A DNA stretch of 63,379 bases, filler included, from Neolecta irregularis DAH-3 (GCA_001929475.1; 11 parts of 11 records of this genome joined end to end with filler, not necessarily neighbours in it); one strand, 5' to 3'. Positions 1 to 14,364 are shown, counted from the first letter of the whole stretch. Notes: generated from the letters alone by a model not told the origin. A program made the numbers and translations.

Positions 1-288
1 AACCAATTTTTTGAATCGTTAGCAGCAGACAACACGACTTTCCTTAAATGATAAAGATGAATATTATAATAGCAGAAATTCTAAGCCAACATAAATAAAG
101 GGAATGAAGAAGACAGAGAAAAAGAAATGAAAACACCCTGTGCAACCGATGAAGTGATCCAACACTCCCCCGCGCGGGAATGATGCGAATAATAGAGAAC
201 GTGAAATATGATGTAATAATCCGTCTTTTTGAATACCAAAGCCATAAAGTATCTCACTTGCCCGGAAAATTTTGAGCTGGAAAAGTGT

Positions 289-3200
289 CTATGCAGTGAA
301 GTATTTTGGCCAATCGATGCTAACGCGAGGTGTTTCGACAAGACGATTCTCGGAAACTCCTTCGTATCGTCGACGAGCAAAGAAGCGCTCGCAATCTCCA
401 ATGATGACTGCCCATTCAGCAAGAGCTCGACCAACCAAGTTTGATCGAATACTGGAGTGATCACCAATCTTGGGTAACTTGGTGAGGTCCGGCATTGATA
501 TATTTCTTTGTGACATGAAAAATTCCTCAGCAAAGGTAGGTAGTAATCGACCATCGATTACGCGAATGCCAGAAGAATGCCAACTAGGTCCAAGTTGATG
601 AGTTTCCCAGGGAAACCGCGGTGCAATTGGCTCGAGACTGAATTTAAAAGTAAGACGTGGAACGGACGGTCGATAGGAATTTGAAATACTCCGCGGAGGA
701 CTGGGAGATTTCTGGGATGCCCGTTTATCCATTTCCATGATATCAGCGTCTCCAAAATCAGGATCGTCATCTTCGTCATCGTCTCCGCGGAACACAGCAT
801 TACGAAGTCGATCCCATCGTTTCTTAAGTGCCCCGCCAATTGTCTCAAATGGTTTCAGGGACTCTAGTGATGTGATAGAACTGACATCTTCGTCAACCTC
901 CATAGACGACGCAGGTGGCGGTTCCGTTGTGGAAGCTGGCACTATATTATCGAAACTGCTCAAAAATTGATCTTCTAACGAAGAATGCGAAGAAGCAGGT
1001 ACAATAGCTAAGCGCTTTCGAGGAGCTGGAGTAAGGGGTTCTGACATCAGCAATTGCAGTTCAATATGGAGATACCTAATGTAGGCGGCACCGCCTGAAA
1101 TGCGAGAGCTTCGTTAACAAGTCTGATGTGATGATTTCTGAGTGTATGCAAGCGAAATCGCAACAAACCGAGAACCTCGCTAAATTTCAATAAAAAGTGA
1201 GCTGCAACCATACCTCTCAAGACATCCATCTTCATCTGCATCTTCTAATCTAATGATTCTCCAGCATACCAAAATCATAAAATAACATCGAATCATGGAA
1301 CTCCAATGCATGAACATGCGATCCCATACAGGAGCGCCGAGTAACCAGAGGGCAGCTTGTTTTCTCATAGGGTTATTCCATATGGACCATATGACATATA
1401 TAAAACCCAAAGCCCGAACCTCGGTAATGCAATTTTCACTTTTAAACATTGCTTTTAACACGTTGAGCCAAAATTCCCACTCAATCTGACGGTACTGGGA
1501 AAGTGTGCCAAGAAGACTTTCAGACACGTCGCATAGGGTGAAACACCCTTCTGCATCCCAAAGGCTTGTCCGTTTTGCAGCGGCTCGAAGTACTGCATCA
1601 AAAATTTCGGCGAATCCTGAGCTGTGCAGCGGTGATTGACGGCGAGCAGATTCGAGGCATGACCTTATTCCGTCATTCAATTTTTTACTTGCTGTTTCGA
1701 CAGCATGAGGACGTCCACCACCGGCACTCATCAAGATGGACATTGTCTTGAGGCTATCTTGGGCACCCTGTATATCATGCGACACGCAGCGATTCGCAAA
1801 TCGAGCTTCTGGGGGTGGTAGATGGGGATTCGTTGCGGAGTGGTGTCGATGAACCAAAGCATCCAGGATTGAGAGAAGGTGGGATTGAATGTGTAGATAG
1901 CCAGGTGCAGAGAGATAAGGGAAAAGTGGAGGAATGGTTTTCGCGACGAGAACGTGGTACTGTTGGATAAATGCATAAAATATATCGCCGTCTGGAGCCC
2001 TCCATCGTCGAAGCCAGGGCCCTTGTAAATTGATAATCAACTCAATATCGCCACGGATAAACTGAGCAGCAGTCCGGGATGAATATGCATGATATGAGCT
2101 GAAATTAGTGAGGATAAATCCGCGAAGATGCTTGGGGAATGCTGTCAAGGAAGGATCGGTTTCCTTTGGTAACCTAGAGACATTACTCTCAGCTTTGCGA
2201 GTTTATATACGTTGATTGAACTTCATCTTTGAGACGAATTAAAGTTCCCTTGCTGACATGTAATGCCTGCAACAGATACAGGGCAACTCCGTCGATATGA
2301 TAAAAGCTGAAAGCTAATAATAAGGGTGTGAAGAGAAGGTGGAATTGCACACCCAGTACTTTTCCACAAAATGCCGTCACCGTTGCCGAAATTGTCTTTC
2401 GATTCAGACGTTCAATGGCATATGATAAGGTCTCGCAAAGATTCTGACGAAAAATTCGACAGAGATGAAGGGATCTCTCCGGAAGATTGTCTTGCTCAGA
2501 AAGGTTTCCTAGGGATCAGCGGTAGAGAAGAAAGGATTGATACGAAATTCATCCCAGTCAGAGGATTCAATGACTGCCAAAATACCACCGAGGAAGACTG
2601 CTCGATCTGCCGCGGGCAAAGCGGTCTGATTCATTTCAGTTCGTTGACTCTGTTTAACAGTGGTCAATAAGACCGACCACCATTTAACCAAGATATCAAG
2701 TCGAGCCTGTGTTTCCTCTGTCGACGACGCGGGGCTTGCTGACTGTAGGGTCTGGACAAGACAAGCTCGTATTGCAGCAACACGTTGATGGGCGGATTTA
2801 AGGGCAAATCTAAAATCAAAAGGGGATTTTGGAACTGGATGTACCTCTCAAGTTCAGCGCTGAGGGCAGTGTATTCCTCGCCAGGCCCGCGTGTTTCCGC
2901 GAACGAGTGAGCGTCAACGGACTGTCTCTTTGCTTTATCGACCCCGATGGTATACTTTCGTTCTACAGCGGCAGCACCCTTGAGAGTGTTGTATGCTCGA
3001 GAAAGGCCACTTGGAGGTGCCGAGCTTTTGGAAAACGCAGACGGGCCGGAGAGGGCCGGGGACAGAGTGTAGTTGTCGTCGTCTGTGGAAGGGGAGGGCG
3101 ATCGCGAGCTGCTGGGGGAGGGAGACCAGGCCCGCTTAGCGAGGGTCTTTAGGGAATCAGCCTTCGCAGGGTGTTTTGGGGGGACCGCGAGGAGGGCGGG

Positions 3201-3548
3201 GTCTGGGAGGAGGGGCTTCGCAGGGGCGGCGGGCAGGGGCGAGGAGAGCCTCGCCGGGTGGACAGCCAGGGGCGGAATCTCTGCGGGGCGGCGGAGGGGC
3301 GGCGCGGGACTGGCGGCGATGTCGGGCGGCGCTCTGCGGTGCGGGGCGCTGAGACTCTTTGCCCTGCCGATTCGGCACCAGCGGTTGAGGGCGGTGGGCG
3401 GCGCGAGAGCGGCCTTGGAGTTGCTGCGGGAGCGGAGCCGGCGGCCGTGCTTGTGGTCTGCGGGGATGTCGAGGGAGGTGATGGCAGAGACGAGATCGAG
3501 TTGTTCCTGGGCACAGGAATGCGCGCCGGGGCTGAGGGCCGCAAGCAT
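289..3548 (-). CDS. DUF1765-family fungal protein (multi-exon)
   Basis: Minus ORFs 2664-3548, 2509-2691, 1180-2148 and 289-1053 join into one gene. The motifs WEFWLNVLKAM..SENCITEVRALGFIY, FMHWSSMIRCYFMILVCWRI and C-terminal GRALAEWAVII.DCERF match my recollection of DUF1765 proteins. The start codon is uncertain. Confidence 0.7.
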
Positions 3549-3784
3549 GGGAATGTGGCGGGGCCGGAGGCTGGCGCAGGCAGCAGCGGGCCCGGGAGCA
3601 GCGGCGGCGGAGGCTCACGCTCGACCGCAGCACCGAACGGAAGAGGCCACGGAACCGGCCACTGGCCCACCAAGACACAGCTGTGGCCACAGACCGGACA
3701 GCGGCAATCCACGGGCAGGACGACACAGGCGGCGCTCTCTGCTCAACGGCGCATGCGGCGGTGGAGCGGGCAGTGCAGTTGCCC

Positions 3785-3945
3785 CAGGCAGGCAGGCTGT
3801 AGATAGGGAGGCAGCAGGCAGGCTGTAGAAGGTAGGCAGCAGGTAGGCAGCAGGTAGGTAGGCAGTAGGTAGGTAGGCAGCAGGCAGGCAGGCAGCAGGG
3901 CAGCGGTCACTGGACGGGAGGCAGTGGTCACTGGCAGCAGCAGGG
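3785..3945. repeat. AGGC/AGGT/GCAG low-complexity tandem repeat
   Basis: Visible runs of ggcaggcagg and aggtaggcagc. Confidence 0.8.
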
Positions 3946-5366
3946 AGAGAGACCGGTCCTGGATTCGCGCAGCAGCGGGTGAGCAAGGCCGCCCCGGGGT
4001 TAGCACCACAAACGCTGGCCTCTCTCCACTTTAAGCCCCTCCGCTGCGACAAACACCGCTTCCCACCAGCGCCCCTCATTTCCGGCCCTTGTCTAGTCTG
4101 ACGTGGCTGCTGGCAACGCCTCTGGTCTTGCAGCCGTGACTCTCGCCGCATCTCCGCGCCTGCACTCCGTGCTTCATTGACCTCTCCATGCTCATCCTTC
4201 GCACGAGCTGCCAACCGCAAATTCGCGTTTAGCCTATCCCGCGCCCGTGGCACTCTTCCATCGCTTAGCCCATCGCACAAGCCGCGGACTGTCTGCCCGA
4301 CTCCAGCCGTGAATGACGGATTCTTTGGTGTTTGCTTGCCTCATTTCCTCCAAGCCCATCCCGAACACAAGCAGATCCTTGTTTGCTTGCCTTCTCTGAA
4401 CACACCAATCTCTGGCAGTCTTGATCCTTTGTCCTTGCCATCTTCAGCAAGCTCCAGGCGCTTTACCGCGCCAAATCAATTCGACCAACGGTAAACAGCT
4501 TGGCATTCAGCGATTATAGCACGAAAATAGGTCGGTCAAAAGAGCCATTAGATATATTTGCTATTTAAACAGGCTGCGCAGCCGGTAACCTGTATCTAGA
4601 CAGGCCTTGGCGTCTTGCATTCACCAAATACAACCAATGAAACGCAAAGAAGTTGATGCTAAATAAGAGGAATTGGGTCCTGCTCTCACAGTTTGCCATA
4701 GTCATCCTTGAGGAATACTGTTTGATATCCGTCAAATATAACCCCGGACGATGAAACTCTAGCAAACGTCTCTCATATCCCTACTCTAGCCGCATGATAT
4801 TTAAATCTCAAGACCACGGTTCCGTGGAGAGCTAACTAATACATCTCGACAAGATACAGGAAAGTGTCATATGATTGCAAATAAAAATGGACAAATCGTA
4901 GTGTAAAAGATGTCGACCAATGGTTTGCACTGTAGGACATTGTTGAGTCAATTTCTCAACAATACCGGTCCAAAAGTGGTCCGTTTTCACTCGCCCTAAA
5001 GTAAACTGCACCAATCTCTCAACATCTGCTCTTTAAATGGAAAGAGAACTATCTTTTCATCTTTCGCTCAAACTCCCTTCTTAAAAGATGACTCCAAGCC
5101 TCAACTATGGATACCACGGGCTAGTGTTCATTCCACTTATATGCAGTCTACCCTAATTGCCATGCGATTTACACCGCATGTCATCTGAAACTCGAGGTTT
5201 TTCTCAAATTTAATTACCCATATAATGTTGATATCTTTTATGTATGTTATTTTAGATATATAATTTATTGCTCCACATAAACAATCATGCTACCAGATAG
5301 ACTGACCTTTTTATCCCAATAACCTTGATCCAACTTGACATTGGCCTTGTTGAGATTATTTCTGAC

Positions 5367-6386
5367 ATGCATGTGTTGATAAGCAATGATGACGGTCCTC
5401 CTGGTAACAATTCGAAAACCTATGAATTTTGATTTAGCTTAAACAAAGACATTGCTTCTCCGTATATCTCACAGTTCATCGAAACCTTGAAATCTGAAAC
5501 TGACTGGGACATCAGCGTCGCGTTGCCGAATACCCAGAAATCATGGATCAGCAAAGCCTTTTTGTTGGGAGATTTAATCAAACTTTCTTGGTATAATCCC
5601 CAATCTCAATCTTTTTCGAATTCTTCAAAGAGTAGCGATGATTGGGCATTGCTAGATGGTATATTTTATGCAATCTAGTTAAAGCTTATCTCAAGGAACA
5701 CCTGCATCTTGCGTCAATATTGGCCTACATCATCTCTTCAATTCAAAGCCTCCGATAGATCTTGTCCTGGTCGGCCCCAATTACGGTAGAAACACAACAG
5801 CGGTGTTCGCAATGGGAAGGTAACCCCATTTTACTACGGAAATTTATACTGTAGCGGAACAATCGGGGGGACTATGGAAGCTGCGTTACAAGGACGGAAA
5901 GGTATAGCGTTATCGTTTGCTTTTGATCGGAAGAATCCTGTGACACCGGAAGGACTTCAACTCGCATGTATAAAAACGGTCGAAATCATCAAATATTTAC
6001 ACGAGACTTGGGCTGATCAAGTTGGCTTATACGCAGTGAACGTTCCACTGGGAGGTGATATCACAAAGGCCAAAGTGTTCTACACGCACATTCTACAAAA
6101 TATCTGGGGATCTTGTTTTTCACCTGTTGAGGAGGGTGCCCAAGAAACTGGGCCTAATCAAAATGAGATACAAGTCCGAAAACAGGAGAGTCAAGAATTT
6201 GGATTGGAGAATGAAGCAACTTTGTTCAAGTTTACACCAAAATTCATCACCGTTTATGAAAGTGTTGATCGAGCTAACGATCGGATGAGTGATGGATGGA
6301 TAATAAAAGAAGGTCACATAAGTATAACACCTTTGAAAGCAACGTTTCAGCACGTAAAGGGGCTAGAAGGAGAAATACATCTATAG
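5367..6386 (+). CDS. SurE-like phosphatase/nucleotidase (4 exons)
   Basis: MHVLISNDDGPP (SurE NDDG motif), PNTQKSWISKA, GTPASCVNIG, GPNYGRN, SGTIGGTMEA and ISITPL. Three short GT-AG introns. Confidence 0.9.
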
Positions 6387-6606
6387 AGAAATGAATCATA
6401 TTTCCCGGACCGCGTTCTCTCCAGTCTTCAACTCTGCAGATGATAGTACTCTTGGATAGAAATGGACCATCTTGGCATTACGGAATCCAATTCTACGATA
6501 TATTCAACTGTAGGGATATTTAAGGCATTATTAGCGTACATGTAAGAACATAGGTTCTTACATATGACGTGGATATGTTATTAGTTTAACGGTCATTTAA
6601 GGAACT

Positions 6607-6706
6607 NNNNNNNNNNNNNNNNNNNNNNNNNNNNNNNNNNNNNNNNNNNNTTAATTAATTAANNNNNNNNNNNNNNNNNNNNNNNNNNNNNNNNNNNNNN
6701 NNNNNN
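6607..6706. other. Artificial scaffold spacer N-TTAATTAATTAA-N. Also at about 22361, 31850, 36288, 37852, 39510, 44397, 54966, 60574 and 61815
   Basis: An identical six-frame-stop 12-mer inside ~100-nt N runs, ten times. Confidence 0.98.
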
Positions 6707-6975
6707 CCGCCAAAGTATCGGAACCGGCACAAGCAGCAGCAAGGGTCGCCGATCACCCCAGGCGGGCCAGTCACCGGCATCGCCACCCAGCAGATCGACA
6801 GAAGGGCAGGCAGGCAGGCAGAGGACGGCAGCAACCCATGTGGCGACTCTGTACATAAGTAGCGCCCAGCCAGATTAGCTGGCTGGGCTTTGACCTGATA
6901 TTCAATATACGTAGTTACTCTCTTTAGCAGTATCTACGGCAGCATATCCAACCTAAGTCCACATCAGCGCTCAAC
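6707..6975 (+). repeat. Dispersed repeat family A (unclassified), copy 1
   Basis: Matches the reverse complement of 30555-30890 (tatattgaatatcaggt..gccagcta..ggctgggcgcta..tgtacaga.tcgccacatg), 22005-22055 (ccgccaaagtatcgga..cacaag.agcagcaagg.tcgccgatca) and 55260-55320 (ccaacctaagtccac). Confidence 0.8.
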
Positions 6976-8172
6976 CTAACGTCGCGTGCTGATACCATAC
7001 ATGTATGATGTGAGGCTTAAGTTACAATTAAGACCAGGATATATTTCTAGCTTTGAGTCACGAGAAATCTTCTTGGACATACCGAGCTTTGAGTTATGAG
7101 AAACTTTAGCTAGGTATGTCCGCTTTTCCACGCTAATATGCCAGTCCGCGGTAGATGAACTAATTATGTACTTAGATACAAACTTGATGTATAAATCCTC
7201 CTCTTTATTCTTTTTGAGTGCGTTTTATTACACTTGCTGGGCACGCCCCAAGTCGTATCAGTACTTGCAAAACTTACCCTGCGAAACCCAAGAGTGTCTC
7301 AAGGTCTTGGGGTGCAGCACAGGGGAGAGCTCAACAATGGCTACAAGTCTGTTGAGTGAAAAAGAGATAATAATTTTCAACCCAAGGGCCGGTTTATATA
7401 CATACTACAGCAGAGACCTAAAATTTTATTTTTATCTTTATCCTTTTAAGACACGATGATAGACGTCAATTTCTCCAGATGTAAAGAGTTGAAAGCTGGA
7501 AATATAAAACCTTTGGTTGAGCCTCCCCCCTCAAACGCCTTACTTCACGTTCCGATTCGAGGAGAGGGAAGCTATCGTTTCCACGGACGCATCCGCGAAA
7601 CCGGCGGGCGAGCGCGGCCCCGGTCTCGGGAGGCGGCGGCGGGAAAAGGAATCGCGAGCGAGCACGGCCTTGCAGAGCCTTCGCAGGCGTAGATGTCGTC
7701 GCGGAGGGAGCGGGAGGCGGCGCGAATGAAGGAAGCGGCGAGGACGAGGGAGGCGGTCCGGGGCGAAGAGGGTTTCGATGAGCCCAGGATCTCCGTTCTG
7801 GGCGTTTGCGAAGAGCGGCGGTTCAGCGGCGGCGGGTTCTGCAGCAGCGTGCTGGGCGGCGATGGCGGGGCCGGGCAGGGAAGGCCTTTGTGGAGACGAA
7901 GGTAGCCATTGGTGGGTGGAGAGCGCGGAGGTTGGGAGAAAACAGGATCCGGCCGCCGACCCTGAACCCTCCCTCATACCCCACCAACATCCCCAATCCC
8001 AGCCGCCCTTTCCACCCACGGCACTCCTCCCCCCGGTGTCCTGTGCCGCCCCGCCAGCACCCTCGCACTCTTCTGCCGCTCGCGCAGCATCCTTCCCACT
8101 CCATACCGTACATCCAGCCGACGCAGATCCCTCCTTTATCCCACAGCGGGGACTTATGAAAAGCACCCGAGC

Positions 8173-11100
8173 ATGAATAAAGAGGCAAGTCTGTACTGGA
8201 TTATGAATGTAATATTTAGGTCTACAATCGCGTCGTTGAGAGTGAAAATGACATTACGCACGCAAAGACAGCCACAAATGAATCTCTCCAATCTCAATCT
8301 GAAATAATATCCCATACTGAGATCCAACCTCTGCATAAAGATACTTCACAGTTCCTAACGGCCACACAAGCTTTCGCACTTCTCTCGACCCCCTTGGATC
8401 AGATGACCGAAATTGTCGAAAGATCCCCGTCTCCAAAATCATCTAGTCGATTCAGAGAGCTGGGCCACAAGCCATGCACAACAGGAACCCCTTGTCCCGA
8501 AGGCGGGGATTACTCTCGAGGGACGGTTATTGGCGATAAATCAATAGAACCAACTTCGGAAGAGATCGCAGAAGTTCGTCTTCCCTCGGAAGACCTCCCA
8601 CAACAGTTCGATGCCATGAAACACTCAAGCACGCCTTTAGCAGATTTCGAAGATCTTGATCATGCCAAAGATATGCCTCCGGAGGCATTATTCCATGCAA
8701 AACAGTTACGAGATGAACTTGTAACTACCAATAGTCACCCAGAAGACGCGAAAAACCCTCAACCCGTTTATTCACAAGCCTCGCACTCTGAAAATGGTTG
8801 CTCTAATCAACCAGTCGTTCCACATCAGTCGAGTCCTCGTATCAAGGAAGGATTTACTTCTTTGAAGTTGGAAAAACCTTCGACATCGACCCTATTTGAG
8901 AATATTACCACTCACGACGACTTATTTGGAGGTAGCAATGTAGTCGAGGACTCATTTTTCGACCATTTAGAAACGCCCGTTGGAGAAACCAACTATATTC
9001 AGCCCAGTGAGCAGCAAGGTTATAATACCGGCGGACAACAATATGCTTCGCAAGAGCAACAGTATGCATATTTCCAGCAGGACCAGCCGTCGGCTCAGTA
9101 CAACGATGTGCAATCACATGATCATCAAAATACTCAGCAGCAATACCGCTTCGATGCAAGTTATTCTCAGCCAACCGACTACAATCCTCAACCGATTATG
9201 AATCCTCAATATGGCACATATCAAAACCCTCCTCAGTCGTATGCATTCGGTTCTCAAGAAAGTTTCTATAACCACGCCACCGCCAATCAGTCTTCCCCTT
9301 TGGACCAATCCACTATTTATAGCCAAACTCCTGACTCACAGCCGGTACAACCTGTATATTCACAGCAAGATTCGGGTTATAGACCGGTGCCACCGATAAT
9401 AATGTATAATCAGCAATCCCACACTCAACACGACGAACCCATCATGTCGCCCACGACCGCAAAGCGGTTGTTAAATGGCTATGGGGACCCGCCGAATATA
9501 CCATACAGTATGGATCATAAATCGACTTATGGACATAATCAGAACCAGCAATATTATAACCAGCTGCCTCAGTATAGCGCAGCTTATCAATATCAAAGGT
9601 CGGATCAACATCAGTCTCAACTTGCTCCACCGAAAACTCCAAGTCTTCCTCCGTCGACGTTTGGACCACCGGCTCAACCTCAAAGCCCCCATTTAGCGCG
9701 TCCTCAAGATGCTATTTCTCGGATCCAGCAGATACAGTCTGCTCCCTCAACTTCGGATCTTTATAGTTCCCGACCTACTACACAAGACAGCGGAATCCTC
9801 CACCCTAGACAAACGTCCAATACAAGTTCGAATGGAAGCTACCATGGCCACGAATTTAATAGCGGGTTTTATACTCCAATGTCTTCTACTTTCCCAGCTT
9901 CCCCCTTTTATGGTCCTTCCTCTTACTTGTCCCCAAAACGAGAATCCAAAAATGTCTCTGCAAGCACGTCCTTCGTAGCAGCGAAAGGCGGGTATTCAAG
10001 TCCTTACGATCTTCCACCACAGATTGCGAAGCAAAAACCTCGATCTCTCACAACACCGAGTTCGGCGTTGGCATTCAATAATCCAGTCGTACCCTCATTG
10101 CTACCGCCGCCAAAATCTCTGAAAGCTTTTTCTGATGCAGGATCAGAGCGGGGTGGTTCGACAAACACATTTCCCGGGTCTGAGATGCCGGTCCCTAATC
10201 GTGAACCACAAATATATGCACCAATGGAAGAAAATTATCTACATCAACCCCTACAACCTCTACAACAAGAAAAACAATCTCTGGAATCACCATTCATGCC
10301 ATCAGGAGAAACATTTTCCCCGGTCGTTGCGCAGACTGCTGATGCATTTCCACTCGTCATTAATGAAAGCAACGAAGAAATGTTCAAATCTCCGTTTCCT
10401 TCATCTCAATCAATGAAGAAGGAAATGCCCAAATCAGATTATTACAATCCTCGGCGTCACCGACCCCCTTCAATTAGTGAACCGCAAATAAGACACGGTT
10501 ATCAGGGCGACCCTCCCTTACCGCTTTCGGGTCAGACTGTTGACGATTCTCAAAAAGATCCATCTGAAGGATCCGATTATAAGCCATATGGGCAATATGG
10601 TAATTGCCCTCCGACGACTGCCATGAATACGGCTCTGCAAGCTATCCAACAAAGCCGGGAAAAGAAACAGTCCTTCGGCTCTCCACCTCGAACCTTGCTT
10701 TCTTCGGTTCAAAAGCGTGCAATGATGCGACCTTTATCACCAATCTATACTCCTCCTCCGCAGGCTTCTCAAATAAACCCATATTTAAATTCATACGCTC
10801 TTCCTGATGTTGGATCGCAAGAGCCTCTCACAAATGCGAGACTTGCATCCCCTCAAGGTTTTCCACTCTTTGTAATTCTAATATTTATTATGCATTTAGG
10901 AATTACCGATATCCTCGATGATAGTCCCGGGAAATCATCAAGTGAAGGACCGCAAGCTGTACGTGAGGAAGCAAGAGGGGACACCATTGACGATTACTCT
11001 ATCCCAAATGCCGCAATGGACAGCTATGCTCCTATAACGATAAACCCAAATCCACTCGATGAAGGCGATTTTGCTGGTCACGACTCTCAACTGATCGCAG

Positions 11101-14100
11101 AAGAACTCGCTGACGGTTCAGAAAACAACGGGCGATATACTGAAACGAATGCTTACAAACCACTTATTCCAGAACGCGTTACAAGTCCTACGTACTCTGA
11201 TCATTCAATCCCTTCAGGTCCGCCGAAGCGTTTTGCTTCGCCATACTGTCCGGATTCTTATACAGTCTCTCCAGTTATGTCTCCAAGTATTGTCCCTATT
11301 ACCGTTCTTTCGAAGCCCACATCTCCGCCTCATGCGGCATCGCTCCCTCCCCATATCTCTCAAAAACGACCCCATGCAGGTACAAATCCCAGCAATCCTA
11401 AATCGGCATCTTCCCTCGCCCAAATGCAACGTTCCGTAAGTCCCTATGCGCCCTCGGGGCCATCAACAATCCCTTCATTTCCCACTTCAACATACAACCA
11501 ATCCACATACGAGACTCAACAAAAGAATGATCCTTCCGAATATCATAACTTTGGAACCGGCCATCCCCTCATTACATTTGGGTTTGGCGGTAAAATTATC
11601 ACAATGTTTCCTCATCAAATTCAGCGTTATGCAGCTGATGGCTCCACGATATCAAAGGGGGCTCCTGGTTTAATGAATATCGCGAATCTGAGAGATTATA
11701 TCAAGGCTGAAGATCATACCACATTTCCTGGTCCTGTTTACCAGGTCGGTGCTTCAAAGGGCGCTATGAAGGCGAAAAGAAAGGAATGTTCGGCATGGTT
11801 ACAGAATACCATTAACAAGCTCGATAATGAAACTTTTTATGGAACGGAAGTTGAAAGACAGCATTTCGAGCACATAGTTATTCTGTTCAAATTGTTGAAA
11901 GTTTACACTGATCACGAAACTCCGTTGGATGGGTAAATACTCCACGGCTTATGTTAAAGTATTGATTTGCAAGGTCGACTGAGATTGAGGTTGCTTGTAA
12001 GGAGATTTTGATGCCAGGGCTCTCTACACTAAGTCTGGCAAAAAATGAAGATGCCTCATTCACTGTTGCTGCACATCTTTCACAAGGTCAACATTCTCGG
12101 CAAATTTCCGATGGATCTCCTTTGTCACAATACCCTGTCACAAAAGAATTCATTGCATCAATAGGTCAGTCATTGCTCAGAGGTGATCGGGAAGGCGCTA
12201 TTCGCTCCGCTCTGGATAATCGAATGTGGGCTCATGCAATGTTGATTGCAAGTTGCGTGAGTAAAGACCGATGGAAATCTGTCGTTAAGGAATTCGTTCG
12301 AACAGAACTTGAGAATGCAGGAGAAGGAAGCGAGAGCTTGAAGGTTCTTTATGAAGTGTTTGCGGGTCATGGTAGCGATGCAGGTATGCATCTGCCAATC
12401 ATACGGGTACTGATTTTATAGTTGAAGAGCTACTACCTCCTTCATCGCTGTTTGTGCATTCCAACACTCAGGTCGATATATCTGGCCATCTTGATCGATG
12501 GAGAGAAACGTTGACGATGATTTTAGCGAACAAGACTGCTGGAGACACTGAAGCTATTGCTGCTCTTGGAACTCAGCTCGGTAATTTTGGTTTTACGGAA
12601 GCTTCTCATTCTTGGTATTTCATATTTCAGAGTTCAATTTTCTGATATATATTAGTTATATCCTCAGCCGAGATGTGTCTACTTTCGAGGCCATTGATGC
12701 GCCCAAAAAGAACATGGTTCTGGTCGGAGCAAGCCACGAAAAATACCCATTCGATTTCTATCGTGATCATGATGCAATAAAACTAAGTGAAATATATGAA
12801 CTCGTCAAGTGCAACGGGCCAACTGGAATGCAAGGAATACCGCATCTGCAAGCCTATAAGCTGTACTACGCTTGGATTCTTTCCGATTTTGGAATGACTT
12901 CAACTGCTCAAAGGCAATTCCGCGTGTTGCAAATCTCTGACTTCAAGATACTGCGAAGCTATCGGTAGCATAATACACAAGTCATCCAAGAGCTCGGCAC
13001 ATTATCATCCAGCACTGGTTTCCCAACTACAGGAATTGTCATCGCGTTTGATGGACTCGCCTGATTCGTACGAAGCAAACTCTAAAGGTTGGACTACTAC
13101 ACTTTCGCGGAGCAAATTCGACAAAGTCCTCGGGTCTCTTGAAGGCAAATTTAAAAATTTCGTGTCTGGCGATGAAGAACCTGAGGGTGGACGTCGAAGT
13201 TTTGAGGGTGCAGACACCAAAGGACCATTTGCTAGAATTGCATCAGATACCGGAACAATAACAAAAGTAGCCTCCATGAGTTCATTACGCGAATCGTATA
13301 CTCTTCCGAGTTCGACATATGGGAATGACTCATATCCTATTCCTCACCAGAATCTTACCCGAGCGGTTAGTTATGGTGGACATCAACCAGTCCCTCATTC
13401 ATACCACCCTCCGAATCCCTATGAACCAATGCAACCTACCATTAATGACCCTCCTTCATTGTCGATGACAAGACAAAATGAGTCCTATCAATACGAAACA
13501 CCTCCGACTTGTGCTGGTGGGCATTTACTGAATGTTAATACCCCGGCTGGAACATCCGCCGAAGATGATAATAGTCAGTTCTTGACACCTATGCACGGCC
13601 CACCACTTCCATCTTCTAGTTCACATCAAAACGCGACCGTTGACTCGAAAGAAACAGATTTTGTTGACGACGAGGAAGATGACTTGGGGCTGGGTACAAC
13701 AAGAAAGAAAAAAGTCGAAGTACGAGACAAGGAGGAGAAGGAGATCAAGTCGAAAAAACCTGTTCAAGTGAAGAAAGAAGCAGATGAGTCGGGTACTCCC
13801 ACGGCATGGAAACATGATCTGACTCTTCAAGATAAACCTGCTGCAGGCGGTTGGCTCGGTCGTATTTTTGGTAAAGGTATTGCTAAACAAGATCAAGGGG
13901 GAAAGGTTCATCGAGTCAAGTTGGGAGATGAAATGAAGTTGGTCTACGACGAAAAACTCAAAAGATGGGTCAATCCCAATGTACTTGCCCAATTTTGTGG
14001 CGATAGTAACATGCAGAACAAGGAAGCATATATGGCAGAATCTGCTCTTCCTCCTCCGCCACCAAGGAGTCGATCAGCGACACCGGGTGGGGAATCAACT

Positions 14101-14364
14101 TCTTCGTCAATTGTTCCCCCTTTGAAAACAGAACAAACGGCAAGTTCGACGCTTCCCGGGTTGGGTGGTTCAGCTGTGATGTCTGCGCCTGGTTCCCGAT
14201 CTACATCAACTGTTCCTTCTGTTTCAAGAACTAATTCCGCTCCACTTCGACATCAGGAAAGCATAGATGATTTATTGGGCATACCGGCGATGACCAGAAA
14301 GGGCGGGAATGCTGGGAGAAAAGGCGCAAAGCGTTATGTTGATGTCTTTCAAAACCAATCTTGA
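8173..14364 (+). CDS. SEC16: COPII coat assembly protein Sec16
   Basis: Long P/S/Q-rich N-terminus. Central domain has HPLITFGFGGK..FPGP, LLRGDREGAIRSALDNRMWAHAMLIAS, WRETLTMILAN, HLQAYKLYYAWILSDFG..AQRYCEAI. C-terminus has KLGDEMKLVYDEKLKRWVN and RYVDVF. The 8173 start is tentative and assumes a GC-AG intron at 8185-8219. Confidence 0.92.

Noticed and set aside
3073-4494. Many overlapping long ORFs in GC-rich zones (also 7456-8188, 31898-32815 minus, 36474-37359, 41444-42435 plus)
   Set aside because: Stop codons are scarce in GC-rich DNA and the products are low-complexity with no recognisable motif.
10858-10899. Hydrophobic GFPLFVILIFIMHLG in Sec16 as a novel transmembrane segment
   Set aside because: It coincides with a 42-nt in-frame GT..CTAAT..TAG intron read through by the ORF finder.
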